DNA of 64,000 nucleotides, taken from the NCBI GenBank assembly GCA_964619725.1, contig CAZUFC010000007.1, forward strand, positions 32,001 to 96,000. The letters are read 5' to 3'. Position numbers and translations under genes: made by a program. How positions within the stretch are numbered: the stretch's first letter is position 1; each line of letters begins with the position of its first letter. The notes below the pieces were generated by a model. That model saw only the letters and a list, made by a program, of their open reading frames with translations. It searched no databases and had not been told where the DNA came from. Source of the DNA: an uncultured bacterium. Lineage in GTDB: Bacteria; CSSED10-310; CAZUFC01. Below are positions 1-11,167 of the stretch, one piece after another.

Positions 1-2343
1 TATCCAGTAAGTCGCATCCGTTTGCTTGTAATACAACGTTCCGTCGCAGGCCGCCGACGTCTTCCAACTGAACGTCACGTCGCGGCTGCCCGTGGTCGTC
101 CCATTCGCCGGAAAACGCTGGCTTACGCTCAACTGTCCGTCAACCTCCAACTGAGCCGTCCGCACATAGTTTATCCCCATCTGGCGCGACGATGCCACAA
201 CCTCAAACGGATAATCGCCAATGACGGAACATGTATCCGGTATCTCCACCGTAATAATGGCTATGCCTGCGCCGCCCGCTTCGATCTCCAGTTCCGTCTG
301 ATCGATCTCATACCAAGACGGCGGCAAGGAACCCGTAAGCGTCAAATCGAATATGTCCGCCCCTTGGTTGTCGTTCAATATCAAAATTAAAAACCATGTT
401 TCATTCCCCACGATGCCCGTACCGATTTCGGGCCACAGCCAGTAAGTTATCGCCCCCTCGCAATAGTTTATCGGCACATGCCTCCAGGCCGAATTGTTCG
501 ACTCCTTCGATTCCTCCACATCATCGTAAACGTCCGCTTCAACCTTCACCCTTGCATCACATACAGCAGTGAAAGGTATCGATACAGTCTGCTCGTTACC
601 CGGCGATATGTATCCCAGAACCTTTTCACTTCCGATCTGGATGTACCCCGCGCCGTAATCAGCATAAAAACGCACCGTGCAAGGTCCCGACGTCGCTGAA
701 CCCTCGTTGTGCACCGTCGCCGATAATGTCGTCTCCTCGTTCTCCTCCGGATAGGAAGGATCGAACACTATGTCGCCGCCCGATATGACCAGATCAGGCC
801 GGGGAGAAGGGGTATCAGTAGCGGTCGGAGTCACCGTCCACGTCGGAGTATTCGTCCGCGTCGGCGATATCGTCGGACTCCGCGTCGGCGTCCGGGTCGG
901 ACTCCGGGTCGGGGTCTTCGTCGGCGTTCGAGTCGGAGACAACGTTGGAGACAATGTCGGCGTCCTCGTCGGTGATCTCGTCGGCGATATCGTCGGCGTC
1001 TTCGTCGGCGTGCGTGTCGGCGTACGCGTCGGCGTGAGCGTTATCGTCGGCGTCTTCGTCGGCGAACGGGTCGGCGTGCGCGTTGGAGTTAACGTCCTGG
1101 TCGGAGTTCTCGTCGGCGTTCGCGTCCGCGTCGGCGTCTTCGTCGGAGTCCTTGTCGGGGCAACTCCCAGATTTACGTAAGCTGCTCCCGCATCCGTCCC
1201 GTGATCATCATCGCCTATCGCTCCCATAATTATGAAACTGCCCGATATGTGCACCGAATAACCCAACTGATCGCCGCCCTGACCGTCATACGCTATGTAT
1301 TTCGCATCCTGTATCCAGTTGGAACCGCTGCGACGGAACTTGTAAGCAGAACCGGAGTTTCCTCCGTTGTCGTCATCCTGATACGCCCCGATGACCGCAT
1401 AATCGCCGTACAACTGAACCGAGAACCCAAAAAAATCTTCGCCCGATGCATCTGATGCCGTTATCTTATCCTGCTGAGACCAAGTCGAACCGCTTCGGAC
1501 AAAAACGTAGGCGCTGCCTGAACTTTCTCCGTCATCATCGTCAAAAGGAGCCCCTATTAAGGCATAACTTCCATAAATTGATACAGAACGGGCAAAACTA
1601 TCTGAACTTGTCCCGTCAGATGACTGCAGCGTATCCTGAAGAGACCAGCTCGATCCGCTTCGGACATATACATAGGCAACGCCGACGTCATATGCATAGG
1701 GAGACCCTACGATCACATAACTCCCGTAAATATCTACTGTCCATCCTGTAAAAACCAAGTTTTCCGGAGGATAAAGCTTCTGCTGCAACGACCACGTGGA
1801 GCCGCTTCTGTAATATACATACGCCGATCCGAAATAGTTGGGATCAGATCGATCGAAGGGAACTCCAACAACAAAGTAATCCCCATAAATGGCCACAGAA
1901 TATCCCATAAGCGTTGCCTGAGCCGCGTATACCTTGTGCTGATATACCCAACTGCTGCCGTTCCATCGGTAAATGTAAACCGATCCGTAGGCATTTCCCC
2001 CAAGCTCATCATCGCCCTGTGCGCCTGCTACAATGTAATTCCCATATATATCCACAGAGAATCCGAAATAATCTTCAGCCTCTCCGTCCGACGGAACAAG
2101 TTTCTGAAACTGGGACCACGATGAACCGTTATAATGATAAACGTAAACGGAACCTGAATTCTGCCCCTTGGGATCATCCTTATAGGCTCCCACCACAGCC
2201 CAATTGCCGTACACCGCCGTTGAATATCCGAAATTGTCGCCGTTAGAACCGTCCGATGCCGTCAGCTTGGCTGCCGCTTCAGTCGATCCGGCGAAAAAAG
2301 TCAAACTAAAGAGACTCAATATGATAATCGCTGATACTCTCAA
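1..2343 (-). CDS. Secreted FG-GAP repeat protein with Pro/Thr linker and CARDB-like domain (runs off the window edge)
   Basis: Absent from the ORF track; translated by hand. TTG at 2343 after AAGGGGG; signal peptide [23 protein letters not shown]; 7 repeats like [36 protein letters not shown] linker; [20 protein letters not shown] (CARDB-like); frame open to position 1. Confidence 0.9.
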   Translation of the reverse strand, partial: MRVSAIIILSLFSLTFFAGSTEAAAKLTASDGSNGDNFGYSTAVYGNWAVVGAYKDDPKGQNSGSVYVYHYNGSSWSQFQKLVPSDGEAEDYFGFSVDIYGNYIVAGAQGDDELGGNAYGSVYIYRWNGSSWVYQHKVYAAQATLMGYSVAIYGDYFVVGVPFDRSDPNYFGSAYVYYRSGSTWSLQQKLYPPENLVFTGWTVDIYGSYVIVGSPYAYDVGVAYVYVRSGSSWSLQDTLQSSDGTSSDSFARSVSIYGSYALIGAPFDDDDGESSGSAYVFVRSGSTWSQQDKITASDASGEDFFGFSVQLYGDYAVIGAYQDDDNGGNSGSAYKFRRSGSNWIQDAKYIAYDGQGGDQLGYSVHISGSFIIMGAIGDDDHGTDAGAAYVNLGVAPTRTPTKTPTRTRTPTRTPTRTLTPTRTPTRSPTKTPTITLTPTRTPTRTPTKTPTISPTRSPTRTPTLSPTLSPTRTPTKTPTRSPTRTPTRSPTISPTRTNTPTWTVTPTATDTPSPRPDLVISGGDIVFDPSYPEENEETTLSATVHNEGSATSGPCTVRFYADYGAGYIQIGSEKVLGYISPGNEQTVSIPFTAVCDARVKVEADVYDDVEESKESNNSAWRHVPINYCEGAITYWLWPEIGTGIVGNETWFLILILNDNQGADIFDLTLTGSLPPSWYEIDQTELEIEAGGAGIAIITVEIPDTCSVIGDYPFEVVASSRQMGINYVRTAQLEVDGQLSVSQRFPANGTTTGSRDVTFSWKTSAACDGTLYYKQTDATYWI
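808..1165 (-). repeat. Pro/Thr-rich degenerate tandem repeat ([12 protein letters not shown]) linker
   Basis: Recurring GTCGGCGT/GTCGGAGT units at roughly 12 bp periodicity. Confidence 0.9.
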
Positions 2344-2769
2344 TTGAAACCCCCTTGGATCATGCAAATAATAATTTTTCTGTTTCCATTATCCCCCGAA
2401 TATTTAAAAATTGCAAGCTTCAAATGAATTTTATGCGCCCGTTTATCCCAACCTGCTCAACATACATAAAAATCCTCCAAATGGGCGTTTAAGCCGAAAT
2501 TGATCCCGCATCACGAGAAAGAAAAGAAGCAATTAATTTGACATTCAGAACCAAAGGATTATAACCATAATGAGGGTTTGATTGGGGGTTGTCCCGTTCT
2601 GATCGACATAACCAAAAAAAACAAATGAAAAGGCGCTTGAGATCGTCGTTTTTCATTTTAAATTCATTGATTACCAGTAATTTAACGGCATGCAGCCGGC
2701 ATAATTGCTGATTATTTTCGGACAATTTTTTCTTGTCATTCCCGTGAGACGCCAAAAACGGAGACGGAT

Positions 2770-5103
2770 ATGCAAAACGAATCGAAGAATAAAGAGGTTA
2801 CGCCAAAAACCAATGATGAAAAAAACGAGATTCCTGATTACTTGAAGGCCATAGACAAAGTTTTATTGGAAGTTTTCGACGGAATCCAGAACGGATTAAG
2901 CGTCATCGACACCGACTTTAATATCCTTGGCGCCAACAAATGGTTTCGAGAAATTTTCTCTGATTCAGCTCCTTTAGTCGGCAAGAAATGTTATGAGGTG
3001 TACCAGCAGAGGCAAGAGCCCTGTCCTTATTGTCCGGCCGCTGCAACGATAGAAACCGGGTCTATGCAGGTCACGATAGCGCCCTTGCGTAAAAACAATA
3101 AGGACAAAGGACTGCTGGAACTCACGACCCTTCCCTATAAAGATGAACAGGGCGCTGTCAGAGGGGTCATAGCACACGTTAAAAATATAACGGATCAGTT
3201 TGAAGCTGAGGAAAAATTCCGCGCTTTGGCTTATGCCATGGAATTATTGGCGGATGGAGTCGCAGCGTTGAATACTGAAGGAGAATTGCGGTACAGCAAC
3301 CAATCTTTTGCCGAGCAATTGGGTTGCTCTAAGGCTGAATTGATCGGCAAACAATTCACCGATTTCATGACGGACAGACAAAAAGATCAGTTTCTGCAGG
3401 ATATGGAAAAAATACGACAGGGCAACGTCGTTTCTTCGGTGGAATATACAGGGAAAAAAAGTGACGGTACTTTGATCAATTGGAGTCTCAGTCTTTCAGG
3501 AACGAACAATGACAATGGATATCCATCCACAATAATCGTAGCCGCCCGGGACCTGTCCAGGCAGAAAAAAACGGAAGCCGCGCTGGAAAAGCAGGAAAAA
3601 AAATACAGATTCCTGATAGAAAATTCTCCGCTGGGGATATTATCGACAGATACTGACGGCAACCTTGTCGATGCGAACAGAATGGCCCTGAATATATTGG
3701 GATTGCGGTCAGCTTCTGCAGCCCGGTCCGTCAATGTTCTTAAATTTCCTCCTCTCGTCGGCGCCGGAATAGCCGGCGATATTGAGGAATGTATTCGCTC
3801 CGGCAAGCCTGACATCCACGAACGCCGCTATACATCATTGAAAGGCAAGCAGATGGTCCTTATGTACCATACCACGCCCATTTTAAATCAGGATGGAAGC
3901 ATACTGGGAGTGCAGGGAATAATGGAGGACATCACTGAACGCAAGAGACTGCAGAAACACCTTTACCAGGCGCAGAAAATGGAGGCAGTGGGAACGCTTG
4001 CCGGGGGCATCGCTCACGATTTCAATAACCTGCTTATGGGAATCCAGGGCCGTACGTCATTAATGCTGATGGACATTGACAAAGACCACGAACATTATGA
4101 ACATGTCAAAGGCATAGAAACTTGCATTAAAAGCGCCGTGTCCCTGACGGGACAGTTGCTCGGATTCGCCAGACGCGGCAAATATGAAGTCCGCGCTGCC
4201 GATATGAACGACATCGTCCTGAACGCGTCTGAAATGTTCGGTCGAACGCGGAGGGAGATTCAAATCGTAAAGGATTTACAGCAAAACCTGTGGAACGTTG
4301 AAGTCGACCGTGGTCAAATAGAGCAGGTGATCCTTAATCTTTACGTCAATGCCCGGCAGGCCATGCCCGGAGGCGGGAAAATAGATATTGAAACGCGGAA
4401 TATAACGGTTAATGAAGAATTTTCCCGTCTTTACGAGCTTAAACCCGGCCGATTCATCAAAATCTCAATATCCGATGAAGGGGTAGGCATGGATGAAGAG
4501 ACCCAGCAGAGAATCTTCGAACCCTTTTTCACTACGAAAGAAATGGGCCGGGGAAATGGACTGGGCCTGGCATCAGCGTACGGCATTATCCGTAATCATG
4601 GCGGCAGCATTGCGGTCCACAGCATTAAAGGTGAAGGCGCCACTTTCGATATTTACCTTCCGGCTTCCGACAAGGAAATCCGTCATAAAGACGAATCCGA
4701 CGGAAAAATCAGAAAAGGCGCTGAAACAGTATTATTAATCGATGACGAAAAAACGGTCATTGATGTGGGAATCAAGCTTCTCCAAAAACTCGGTTATAAA
4801 GCCCTTTCCGCGGACAACGGGAAATACGCAGTCGAAATCTTTAAAAATCGCCATAACGAAATCGATCTGGTAATCCTCGATCTCATCATGCCTGAAATGA
4901 ACGGCGGGACCGTGTTCAGAGAACTCAGGACAATAGATGAACACGTCAAAGTGCTGCTTGCCAGCGGATACAGCCTGGAAGCCGAAGCGGAAAAGCTGAT
5001 GAATGACCCCGGCGTCAGTTATATCCAAAAACCCTTCAGCCTCTCCGAATTTTCACAGAAAATAAGACAAGTCCTCGATTCGCCTCTATTGCATTCCGCA
5101 TAA
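2770..5103 (+). CDS. Hybrid sensor histidine kinase (3 PAS, HisKA, HATPase, REC)
   Basis: QAQKMEAVGTLAGGIAHDFNNLL H-box; NARQAM; DEGVGM; FEPFFTTK; GLGLA; C-terminal LLIDDE..DLIMP..KPF receiver. Confidence 0.95.
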   Translation: MQNESKNKEVTPKTNDEKNEIPDYLKAIDKVLLEVFDGIQNGLSVIDTDFNILGANKWFREIFSDSAPLVGKKCYEVYQQRQEPCPYCPAAATIETGSMQVTIAPLRKNNKDKGLLELTTLPYKDEQGAVRGVIAHVKNITDQFEAEEKFRALAYAMELLADGVAALNTEGELRYSNQSFAEQLGCSKAELIGKQFTDFMTDRQKDQFLQDMEKIRQGNVVSSVEYTGKKSDGTLINWSLSLSGTNNDNGYPSTIIVAARDLSRQKKTEAALEKQEKKYRFLIENSPLGILSTDTDGNLVDANRMALNILGLRSASAARSVNVLKFPPLVGAGIAGDIEECIRSGKPDIHERRYTSLKGKQMVLMYHTTPILNQDGSILGVQGIMEDITERKRLQKHLYQAQKMEAVGTLAGGIAHDFNNLLMGIQGRTSLMLMDIDKDHEHYEHVKGIETCIKSAVSLTGQLLGFARRGKYEVRAADMNDIVLNASEMFGRTRREIQIVKDLQQNLWNVEVDRGQIEQVILNLYVNARQAMPGGGKIDIETRNITVNEEFSRLYELKPGRFIKISISDEGVGMDEETQQRIFEPFFTTKEMGRGNGLGLASAYGIIRNHGGSIAVHSIKGEGATFDIYLPASDKEIRHKDESDGKIRKGAETVLLIDDEKTVIDVGIKLLQKLGYKALSADNGKYAVEIFKNRHNEIDLVILDLIMPEMNGGTVFRELRTIDEHVKVLLASGYSLEAEAEKLMNDPGVSYIQKPFSLSEFSQKIRQVLDSPLLHSA

Positions 5104-5131
5104 TCGCCGACATGCTTCCTGATATTCTCCT

Positions 5132-7075
5132 TTACGCGTTCTCCTTATTCTTTATATAATTCAGCAAACCTCCCGCCAGGATTATATCACGGCTTCTTTC
5201 CGACAACATGTGAACGACCGGAATCCGTATGTTCCTGGTAACATTATGCAGCGTCAGGTTCTCGTCATTCTCCAGTTTTTTTCTGACGTCCGGAACGGCG
5301 ACATGATCGCCCTGATCAATCTTGTCGTAATCTGTCTCATCGGCAAAGGACAAGGGCAGTATGCCGAAATTGACCAGATTCCCCGTGTGAATCCTTTCCA
5401 GGCTTTTAGCGATTACGGCTTTGACCCCCAGATACATGGGGCACAGAGCGGCGTGTTCTCTGGAAGAGCCTTGACCGTAACTTAAACCGCCTACGATAAA
5501 ACTGTGTTCTCCTTTTTTCTTTGCGTCGAGAGTCCTTTCAGGGAAGGCAGGATCGACAGGTTCAAAAACGAATGTGGAATACTTGGGCACATTTGATCGA
5601 TATTTGAGGCGAGAACCGGCCGGCATGATATGGTCTGTGGTTATCTTGTCTCCCACCTTCAGCATAATTCTGCCCTGAATCACTTCCGGCAGCGGTTCAT
5701 TGGACGGCGGATCGCCTATGTTCGGACCCCGTTTTATCTCCACCCCGGACGGGTCTTCCGCCGGCTCAACCACCATACTGTCGTCAATATAAAATTTATC
5801 GGGCATTTCTACCGAAGGATACTCCATACCCAGGTCGCGAGGATCGGTTATGACTCCTTTGACGGCGGCTGCAGCCGCTGCTTCAGGACTGACCAGGAAA
5901 ATTTTTGCGGACCTGGTTCCGGAACGTCCCAGGAAATTCCTGTTGTTGGTTCTAAGCGATACGGCTTCCGTGTTCGGGGCCTGACCGTTGCCAATGCAGA
6001 AACCGCATGTCGACTCCATTATCCTGGCGCCCGCTGATATCAAATCAGCTAAAGCGCCGTTGTCCGCGATCATTTTAAAAACCTGCTTGGAACCGGGAGC
6101 TACGGCTAAGCTCACGTTCGGATGTACCGTTTTGCCCTTCAGTATCCTTGCCGTCGTCACCAGGTCCTTATACGAAGAGTTGGTACAACTGCCGATGCAA
6201 ACCTGGTCCACTTTCATCCCGGTAAGTTCCCTGATCGTCACCACGTTGTCCGGGCTGTGCGGTTTTGCCGTTAAAGGAACAACCTCGGACAGATCGATAA
6301 CGATTTCTTTCTGATATTTCGCGTCATGGTCCGCTTTCAGCTCTGTCCAGGCTTCCTCTCGTTCCTGCGCTTTTAAAAATTCCCTGGTGGTTTCGTCGCT
6401 GGGAAATATCGAAGTGGTTACGCCCAATTCAGCGCCCATATTGGTAATCGTCGCCCTTTCCGGAACAGACAACGTTTTTACTCCGTCTCCGGCATATTCA
6501 ATGACGGTCCCCACATTGCCCTTGGTCGAGAGGATTTGCAGCAACCGGAGAATAACATCCTTGGCCGTAACCCAGGGATTCAGCCCGTTCTTCAACACAA
6601 CCCGGGTTACGGCGGGACAGGTCAGATAAAAAGGACTTCCGCCCATGGCCGCCGCCACGTCCAGACCGCCCGCTCCAATAGCTATCATTCCTATGCCTCC
6701 ACACGTGGGCGTATGACTGTCCGATCCCAGCAGCGTTTTACCGGGCGTGCCGAACCTCTCCAGATGCACCTGATGACATATGCCGTTCCCGGCCCGCGAA
6801 TATTTTATCCCGTATCTGGCCGCAACAGACTGCAGATAACGATGATCGTCCGCATTCTCAAAACCTTCCTGCAACGTATTATGATCCACATAACTGACCG
6901 ACAGCTCCGTCTTCACCCTCGGCAACTCCATCGCCTCAAACTGCAGATAAGCCATGGTCCCCGTCGCATCCTGCGTCAACGTCTGATCTATCCGTATGCC
7001 GATCGGCTCTCCCGGCTCCGTTCGCCCATCTTCAAGATGCGAATTGATTACTTTTTGAACAATATTGTATCCCAT
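5132..7075 (-). CDS. acn: Aconitate hydratase
   Basis: TQDATGTMA, GICHQVHLE, GSDSHT, IGSCTN, CGFCIG, TTDHIMP, YGQGSSREHA; start moved to ATG 7075 after GGAGGAG. Confidence 0.93.
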   Translation of the reverse strand: MGYNIVQKVINSHLEDGRTEPGEPIGIRIDQTLTQDATGTMAYLQFEAMELPRVKTELSVSYVDHNTLQEGFENADDHRYLQSVAARYGIKYSRAGNGICHQVHLERFGTPGKTLLGSDSHTPTCGGIGMIAIGAGGLDVAAAMGGSPFYLTCPAVTRVVLKNGLNPWVTAKDVILRLLQILSTKGNVGTVIEYAGDGVKTLSVPERATITNMGAELGVTTSIFPSDETTREFLKAQEREEAWTELKADHDAKYQKEIVIDLSEVVPLTAKPHSPDNVVTIRELTGMKVDQVCIGSCTNSSYKDLVTTARILKGKTVHPNVSLAVAPGSKQVFKMIADNGALADLISAGARIMESTCGFCIGNGQAPNTEAVSLRTNNRNFLGRSGTRSAKIFLVSPEAAAAAAVKGVITDPRDLGMEYPSVEMPDKFYIDDSMVVEPAEDPSGVEIKRGPNIGDPPSNEPLPEVIQGRIMLKVGDKITTDHIMPAGSRLKYRSNVPKYSTFVFEPVDPAFPERTLDAKKKGEHSFIVGGLSYGQGSSREHAALCPMYLGVKAVIAKSLERIHTGNLVNFGILPLSFADETDYDKIDQGDHVAVPDVRKKLENDENLTLHNVTRNIRIPVVHMLSERSRDIILAGGLLNYIKNKENA

Positions 7076-7306
7076 ATCTCCTCCCGAAAAATCCAACGCC
7101 CGTTATATCAGACCGTTTTTCGTTAAATGAACAGCGGGGCTCGATTATTTTCAGGCTCATCTACCGTACCAGACATCCATCAGGCACGCCTTAAAAACAA
7201 CCGAACCCCGTTTCCGGTTTTTTTCGCTTCGCCGCCTCAACAGCCGATGACCTTCTTAAACCGCCATCACCGATGCGCAGTAAGCTACTCAAAACCCTCT
7301 GTTATA

Positions 7307-8584
7307 TTACGCTACGCCGATAGCTTTCTTCACGCCCTGAGTCGTCAGCGATTTGGGCCTGGTTATCGGCTCGCCCATCGCTCTCGACATCACAGCCTGT
7401 GAACAAAGTCCCAAGGCACGAGATACCGCAAAAGGCACTGTGTAATAAGGAAATTCCTTTATTCCAAAGTAATACAGCAACGAACCCGAACCCGCATCCA
7501 CATTCGGCCACGGATTCTTCGCCTTGCCATGCTCTTTCAGCACTTCGGGCACGATGTTGAACATCTTTTCTACAATCTGGAACGCCGACGAATCTGAGCA
7601 ATACTTTTTACCGAAATCTATAAAGGCGCTGAATCTCGGGTCCGTCACCCTCAACACCGCATGGCCGTATCCCGGTATCACCCGGCCTGAATTCAGCGTA
7701 TCCCAGCAGAACTGAGTCAATTCCTCGTCGGAAGGAACGCGTCCGTACTTGTCATAGATGCTCAATACGAAACCGAGACATTCCTGATTGGCCAGTCCGT
7801 GAAGCGGTCCCGCCAATCCGTTGAATCCGGCAGATACCGAGTAATACAGATCGGAAAGCGCCGAATTCACTATATGACAGGTGAACGCGCTTACGTTGCC
7901 GCCCTCGTGATCGCTGTGCAATACCAGATACAAGCGCATCAAATCCATGAACTCATCCTTGTCGTTCACTCCAAGCATCCGGGCATAATTGGCCGCCCAG
8001 GACAAGTTCGGATCAAAATCTATCCGGGGTCCCTTGTTATACCTGATCCTATATACGCCGGCAGCTATGCTCGGCATCTTCGCCAGCAAACTTAAAGCAT
8101 CCTCGAGCGTCGGGCGCCAATAGTCCATCTTGCTCATGCCTTCATCATATTTCTTCTTGAATATCGAATACTTCTGCATCGATAATATCGCCGTATCCAG
8201 CATCGCCATCGGATGAAAATCATCAGGAAGCGCTTCAAGAACCTTCCATACGTATTCCGGCACCTCGGCTCGCTTGTTCAATTCCTGCTGTAAGTCCTTC
8301 AATCCCTCCTCATCAGGCAGCTCACCCGTCAACAACAGGAAAAAAATCTCCTCCGGCAAACGATCCTTTAAATCAAATATCGGACGCCCGCGGATGATCA
8401 ATCCCGCATCAGGAGACACCAACGAAGTATTGCAGAATAATCCCTTTACTCCGCGCATCCCTCCGAATGCCTGCGTCACAGTCACATCGGACAACTTCTT
8501 GTCCCCATGCTCCTTCAACAGATCGCGGATTTCACCCTGCCATTCGGGTATCTTCTTTTCCAATGTTTGCATAAGAGTCGCCAT
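7307..8584 (-). CDS. gltA: Citrate (Si)-synthase, eukaryote-like type
   Basis: GGMRG, DHEGGNVSA, LAGPLHGLANQE, PGYGHAVLR, NPWPNVDA; likely start MATLMQ at 8584. Confidence 0.93.
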   Translation of the reverse strand: MATLMQTLEKKIPEWQGEIRDLLKEHGDKKLSDVTVTQAFGGMRGVKGLFCNTSLVSPDAGLIIRGRPIFDLKDRLPEEIFFLLLTGELPDEEGLKDLQQELNKRAEVPEYVWKVLEALPDDFHPMAMLDTAILSMQKYSIFKKKYDEGMSKMDYWRPTLEDALSLLAKMPSIAAGVYRIRYNKGPRIDFDPNLSWAANYARMLGVNDKDEFMDLMRLYLVLHSDHEGGNVSAFTCHIVNSALSDLYYSVSAGFNGLAGPLHGLANQECLGFVLSIYDKYGRVPSDEELTQFCWDTLNSGRVIPGYGHAVLRVTDPRFSAFIDFGKKYCSDSSAFQIVEKMFNIVPEVLKEHGKAKNPWPNVDAGSGSLLYYFGIKEFPYYTVPFAVSRALGLCSQAVMSRAMGEPITRPKSLTTQGVKKAIGVA

Positions 8585-9160
8585 TCCACCTGCTCCTTTC
8601 AAAAAAGTTTAATTCGTTAAATGAAACACTTCTCACATCTCGCTGAAATGTTGATCTTTCACCCCCTTCTTCAATCCTTAAAGATTATGAAAAAAATCTT
8701 TCTTCTTGAAATTATCTGCTGGATTATTCTCAGTATTGTTCTCCTTAAAAGCAAGAGCGGAAAACGTTCAATAACCGCTAATATACAATTTTTTCATGGA
8801 AAATCAACCCTTTTTGTAAATTTTTCGGAAAAATCCAGTTAAAAATAATTTTGCCTGCATGCCGGTTTCGGGGTCCGTGAGAGCGGCTTGATTCGAAAGC
8901 TCTATTCTTTTAAGATAATTCCACGTTTCACAGGTCCCAGGGGCCGAATAAATCCGGCGGCTCCCCTGAAAAGCAATGAAGAATTGACCGGGAAGTGAAA
9001 AGAGAAATTCCTGCGGATGGACCGGGAAAGGGGACCGGAGGGAACAGAAATTCAGAAGTCCCGGTTGCGAAAAGGCGAAGAACGAACAGGAGCTGATTAT
9101 GCCGGAGAGTTTCAAAATAGGTGCGTCAAGTGCAACGCATTGCATCGGAAGGGCATTACA

Positions 9161-11167
9161 GTGAAAATTTCATCTGACGCCGGGACACTGGTGGGCGTGG
9201 ATATCGGTGGAACCTTTACCGATTTTTTTATGGTCAAAGGTGACAAGACGACCGTTTTCAAATTGCCCTCGAATCCGGCATATCCTGGGCAGCCTTTAAT
9301 AGAAGGATTGGAGTTTCTGGAACCCGGGGATGCCGCTGCGGTAACTCACGGCTCCACCGTCGCCATAAACGCGGTGCTGGAAAACAAGACTGCGGAGACT
9401 GCTTTGATAAGCACGAAAGGTTTCAAGGATATAGTAGCCATAGGCCGTCAATCCCGCAGCGAATTATACGATCTTTTTTTTGAGCAGCCAGAGGAATTGG
9501 TTTCTTCTGGTCTGCGTTTTGGAGTAACTGAGCGCGTTAATTGCCGGGGTGAAATAGTAACTGAGCTGGACTTGAAAGAGGTTCAGGAGGTCGTATTTCG
9601 AATTGGGGAGCGTAAAGCCGCAGCCGCGGTATGTTTTTTATTTTCATTTTTGGAGCCGCGTCATGAAAAAGCTGTGGGCGAACTACTGGAAAAAGCGGGA
9701 ATATCCTGCTGTTTATCCTGCGAGGTATTGCCGGAATTCAGGGAATACGAAAGAACAACGGCGACCATTTTAAACGCCTCATTGAAACCCGTAATGGACG
9801 GTTATTTAAAGAAATTGACGCAAAGCAGCCTTTTCAGTCGATTCACAGATTTCAGGATTATGCAGTCCAACGGCGGGACGATACCGGTTCAAGCAGCGCG
9901 GGAATTCCCTGTAAAGACATTGTTTTCAGGTCCTGCGGCAGGCGTCATAGGCGCTTTTTCCATAGCTGAAACTTCAAACTACAAGGATATAATCACCTTT
10001 GACATGGGCGGCACTTCCACCGACGTCTGCTTATGCCCCGGAAAAATACGCTATACCCGGGAATTCAAGATAGCCGGTCATCCTTTGGCGATACCCATGA
10101 TAGATATTCATTCCGTCGGCACAGGCGGAGGCTCCCTGGCGAAACTGGAAAAAGGCGCCTTTCTCAGAGTAGGCCCTCAAAGCGCAGGAGCCGATCCCGG
10201 ACCTGCCTGCTACGGAAAAGGAAAGAATCCGACCGTTACGGATGCGAATCTGGTTCTCGGTAGAATCATACCCCGGTTCTTTATGGGCGGAAAGATGAAG
10301 CTGTACCCCGAAAGAAGCAGGGATGCCGTTAAGAAACTCGGCGATAAGATGGGCTTATCCCTGAAGCAGGCTGCAGAGGGAATAATAAAAGTGGCGGTCA
10401 GCAGCATGGGTCGCGCAGTAAAAGTGGTTTCAGTTCAGAAAGGTTATGATGTGCGGAATTTCACATTATTTGCTTACGGTGGAGCGGGCGGACTGCATGC
10501 CGCGGAACTGGCTGAAAGCGCCGGCATAACCAGAGTCGTCATTCCGCCTCATCCCGGTATTTTATCCGCTGTCGGGCTGGCTGTTGCGGATGCTCGTCGA
10601 GATGCGGGAAAAACCGTTATGAAACCCCTGAGCAGAGAGCATTATATTGAATTTCAGGAATGCTTTGGGAGTTTGATGAGAGGACTTGAAAAACAATTAA
10701 TCAATGAAGGACATTCTCCCGAAAGCATACTGTTTCAACTGTCCGCAGACATGAGATATAAAGGACAGTCGCATGAACTTACAGTCGAAGTCGACAATCC
10801 TCCTTATTTCTCCGCCTGGGACAATAAATTTCACGAAACTCATTTAAAGAGTTATGCCTGTTTCGATGCACGGAATGCAATCGAAGTCGTTACTTTGCGC
10901 GTCACAGCAGTCGTCAGAACCGTTAAACCCGACCTTCAAAAACTGATGACGGATGTCGACCGATCCGGACGATCAGATCAATTGTCCCGACAGATCAATT
11001 CAAGCAACGGTCCTTTTCCCGTTAGAGCTCGCAATCGACTTGCACCGGGGGAAATCTTACGTGGACCTTCGGTGATCGTATCGCCCTATTCCACAGTTTA
11101 TCTGCCTGAAAAATGGCGATTGAGCACGGACGGACATCAGAACATCGTAATGGAGTTGAACGAATGA
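9161..11167 (+). CDS. Hydantoinase A/5-oxoprolinase subunit A family
   Basis: GVDIGGTFTD, HGSTVAIN, MQSNGG, SGPAAG, DMGGTSTD, SAGADPGPACYG, PTVTDA; probable GTG start 9161. Confidence 0.92.
   Translation: MKISSDAGTLVGVDIGGTFTDFFMVKGDKTTVFKLPSNPAYPGQPLIEGLEFLEPGDAAAVTHGSTVAINAVLENKTAETALISTKGFKDIVAIGRQSRSELYDLFFEQPEELVSSGLRFGVTERVNCRGEIVTELDLKEVQEVVFRIGERKAAAAVCFLFSFLEPRHEKAVGELLEKAGISCCLSCEVLPEFREYERTTATILNASLKPVMDGYLKKLTQSSLFSRFTDFRIMQSNGGTIPVQAAREFPVKTLFSGPAAGVIGAFSIAETSNYKDIITFDMGGTSTDVCLCPGKIRYTREFKIAGHPLAIPMIDIHSVGTGGGSLAKLEKGAFLRVGPQSAGADPGPACYGKGKNPTVTDANLVLGRIIPRFFMGGKMKLYPERSRDAVKKLGDKMGLSLKQAAEGIIKVAVSSMGRAVKVVSVQKGYDVRNFTLFAYGGAGGLHAAELAESAGITRVVIPPHPGILSAVGLAVADARRDAGKTVMKPLSREHYIEFQECFGSLMRGLEKQLINEGHSPESILFQLSADMRYKGQSHELTVEVDNPPYFSAWDNKFHETHLKSYACFDARNAIEVVTLRVTAVVRTVKPDLQKLMTDVDRSGRSDQLSRQINSSNGPFPVRARNRLAPGEILRGPSVIVSPYSTVYLPEKWRLSTDGHQNIVMELNE

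Noticed and set aside
770-1180. Plus-strand Val/Gly-rich ORF and neighbouring short ORFs in 22-2246
   Set aside because: Antisense or off-frame shadows of the FG-GAP/PT gene
2686-2712. Sigma54-like motifs upstream of the hybrid kinase
   Set aside because: No TTGC at the correct spacing
7193-7224. Possible terminator between gltA and acn
   Set aside because: Short, interrupted stem; not supportable
8600-9160. Long divergent intergenic region as a riboswitch or ncRNA
   Set aside because: No recognisable conserved RNA motif by eye; an Rfam scan would be needed
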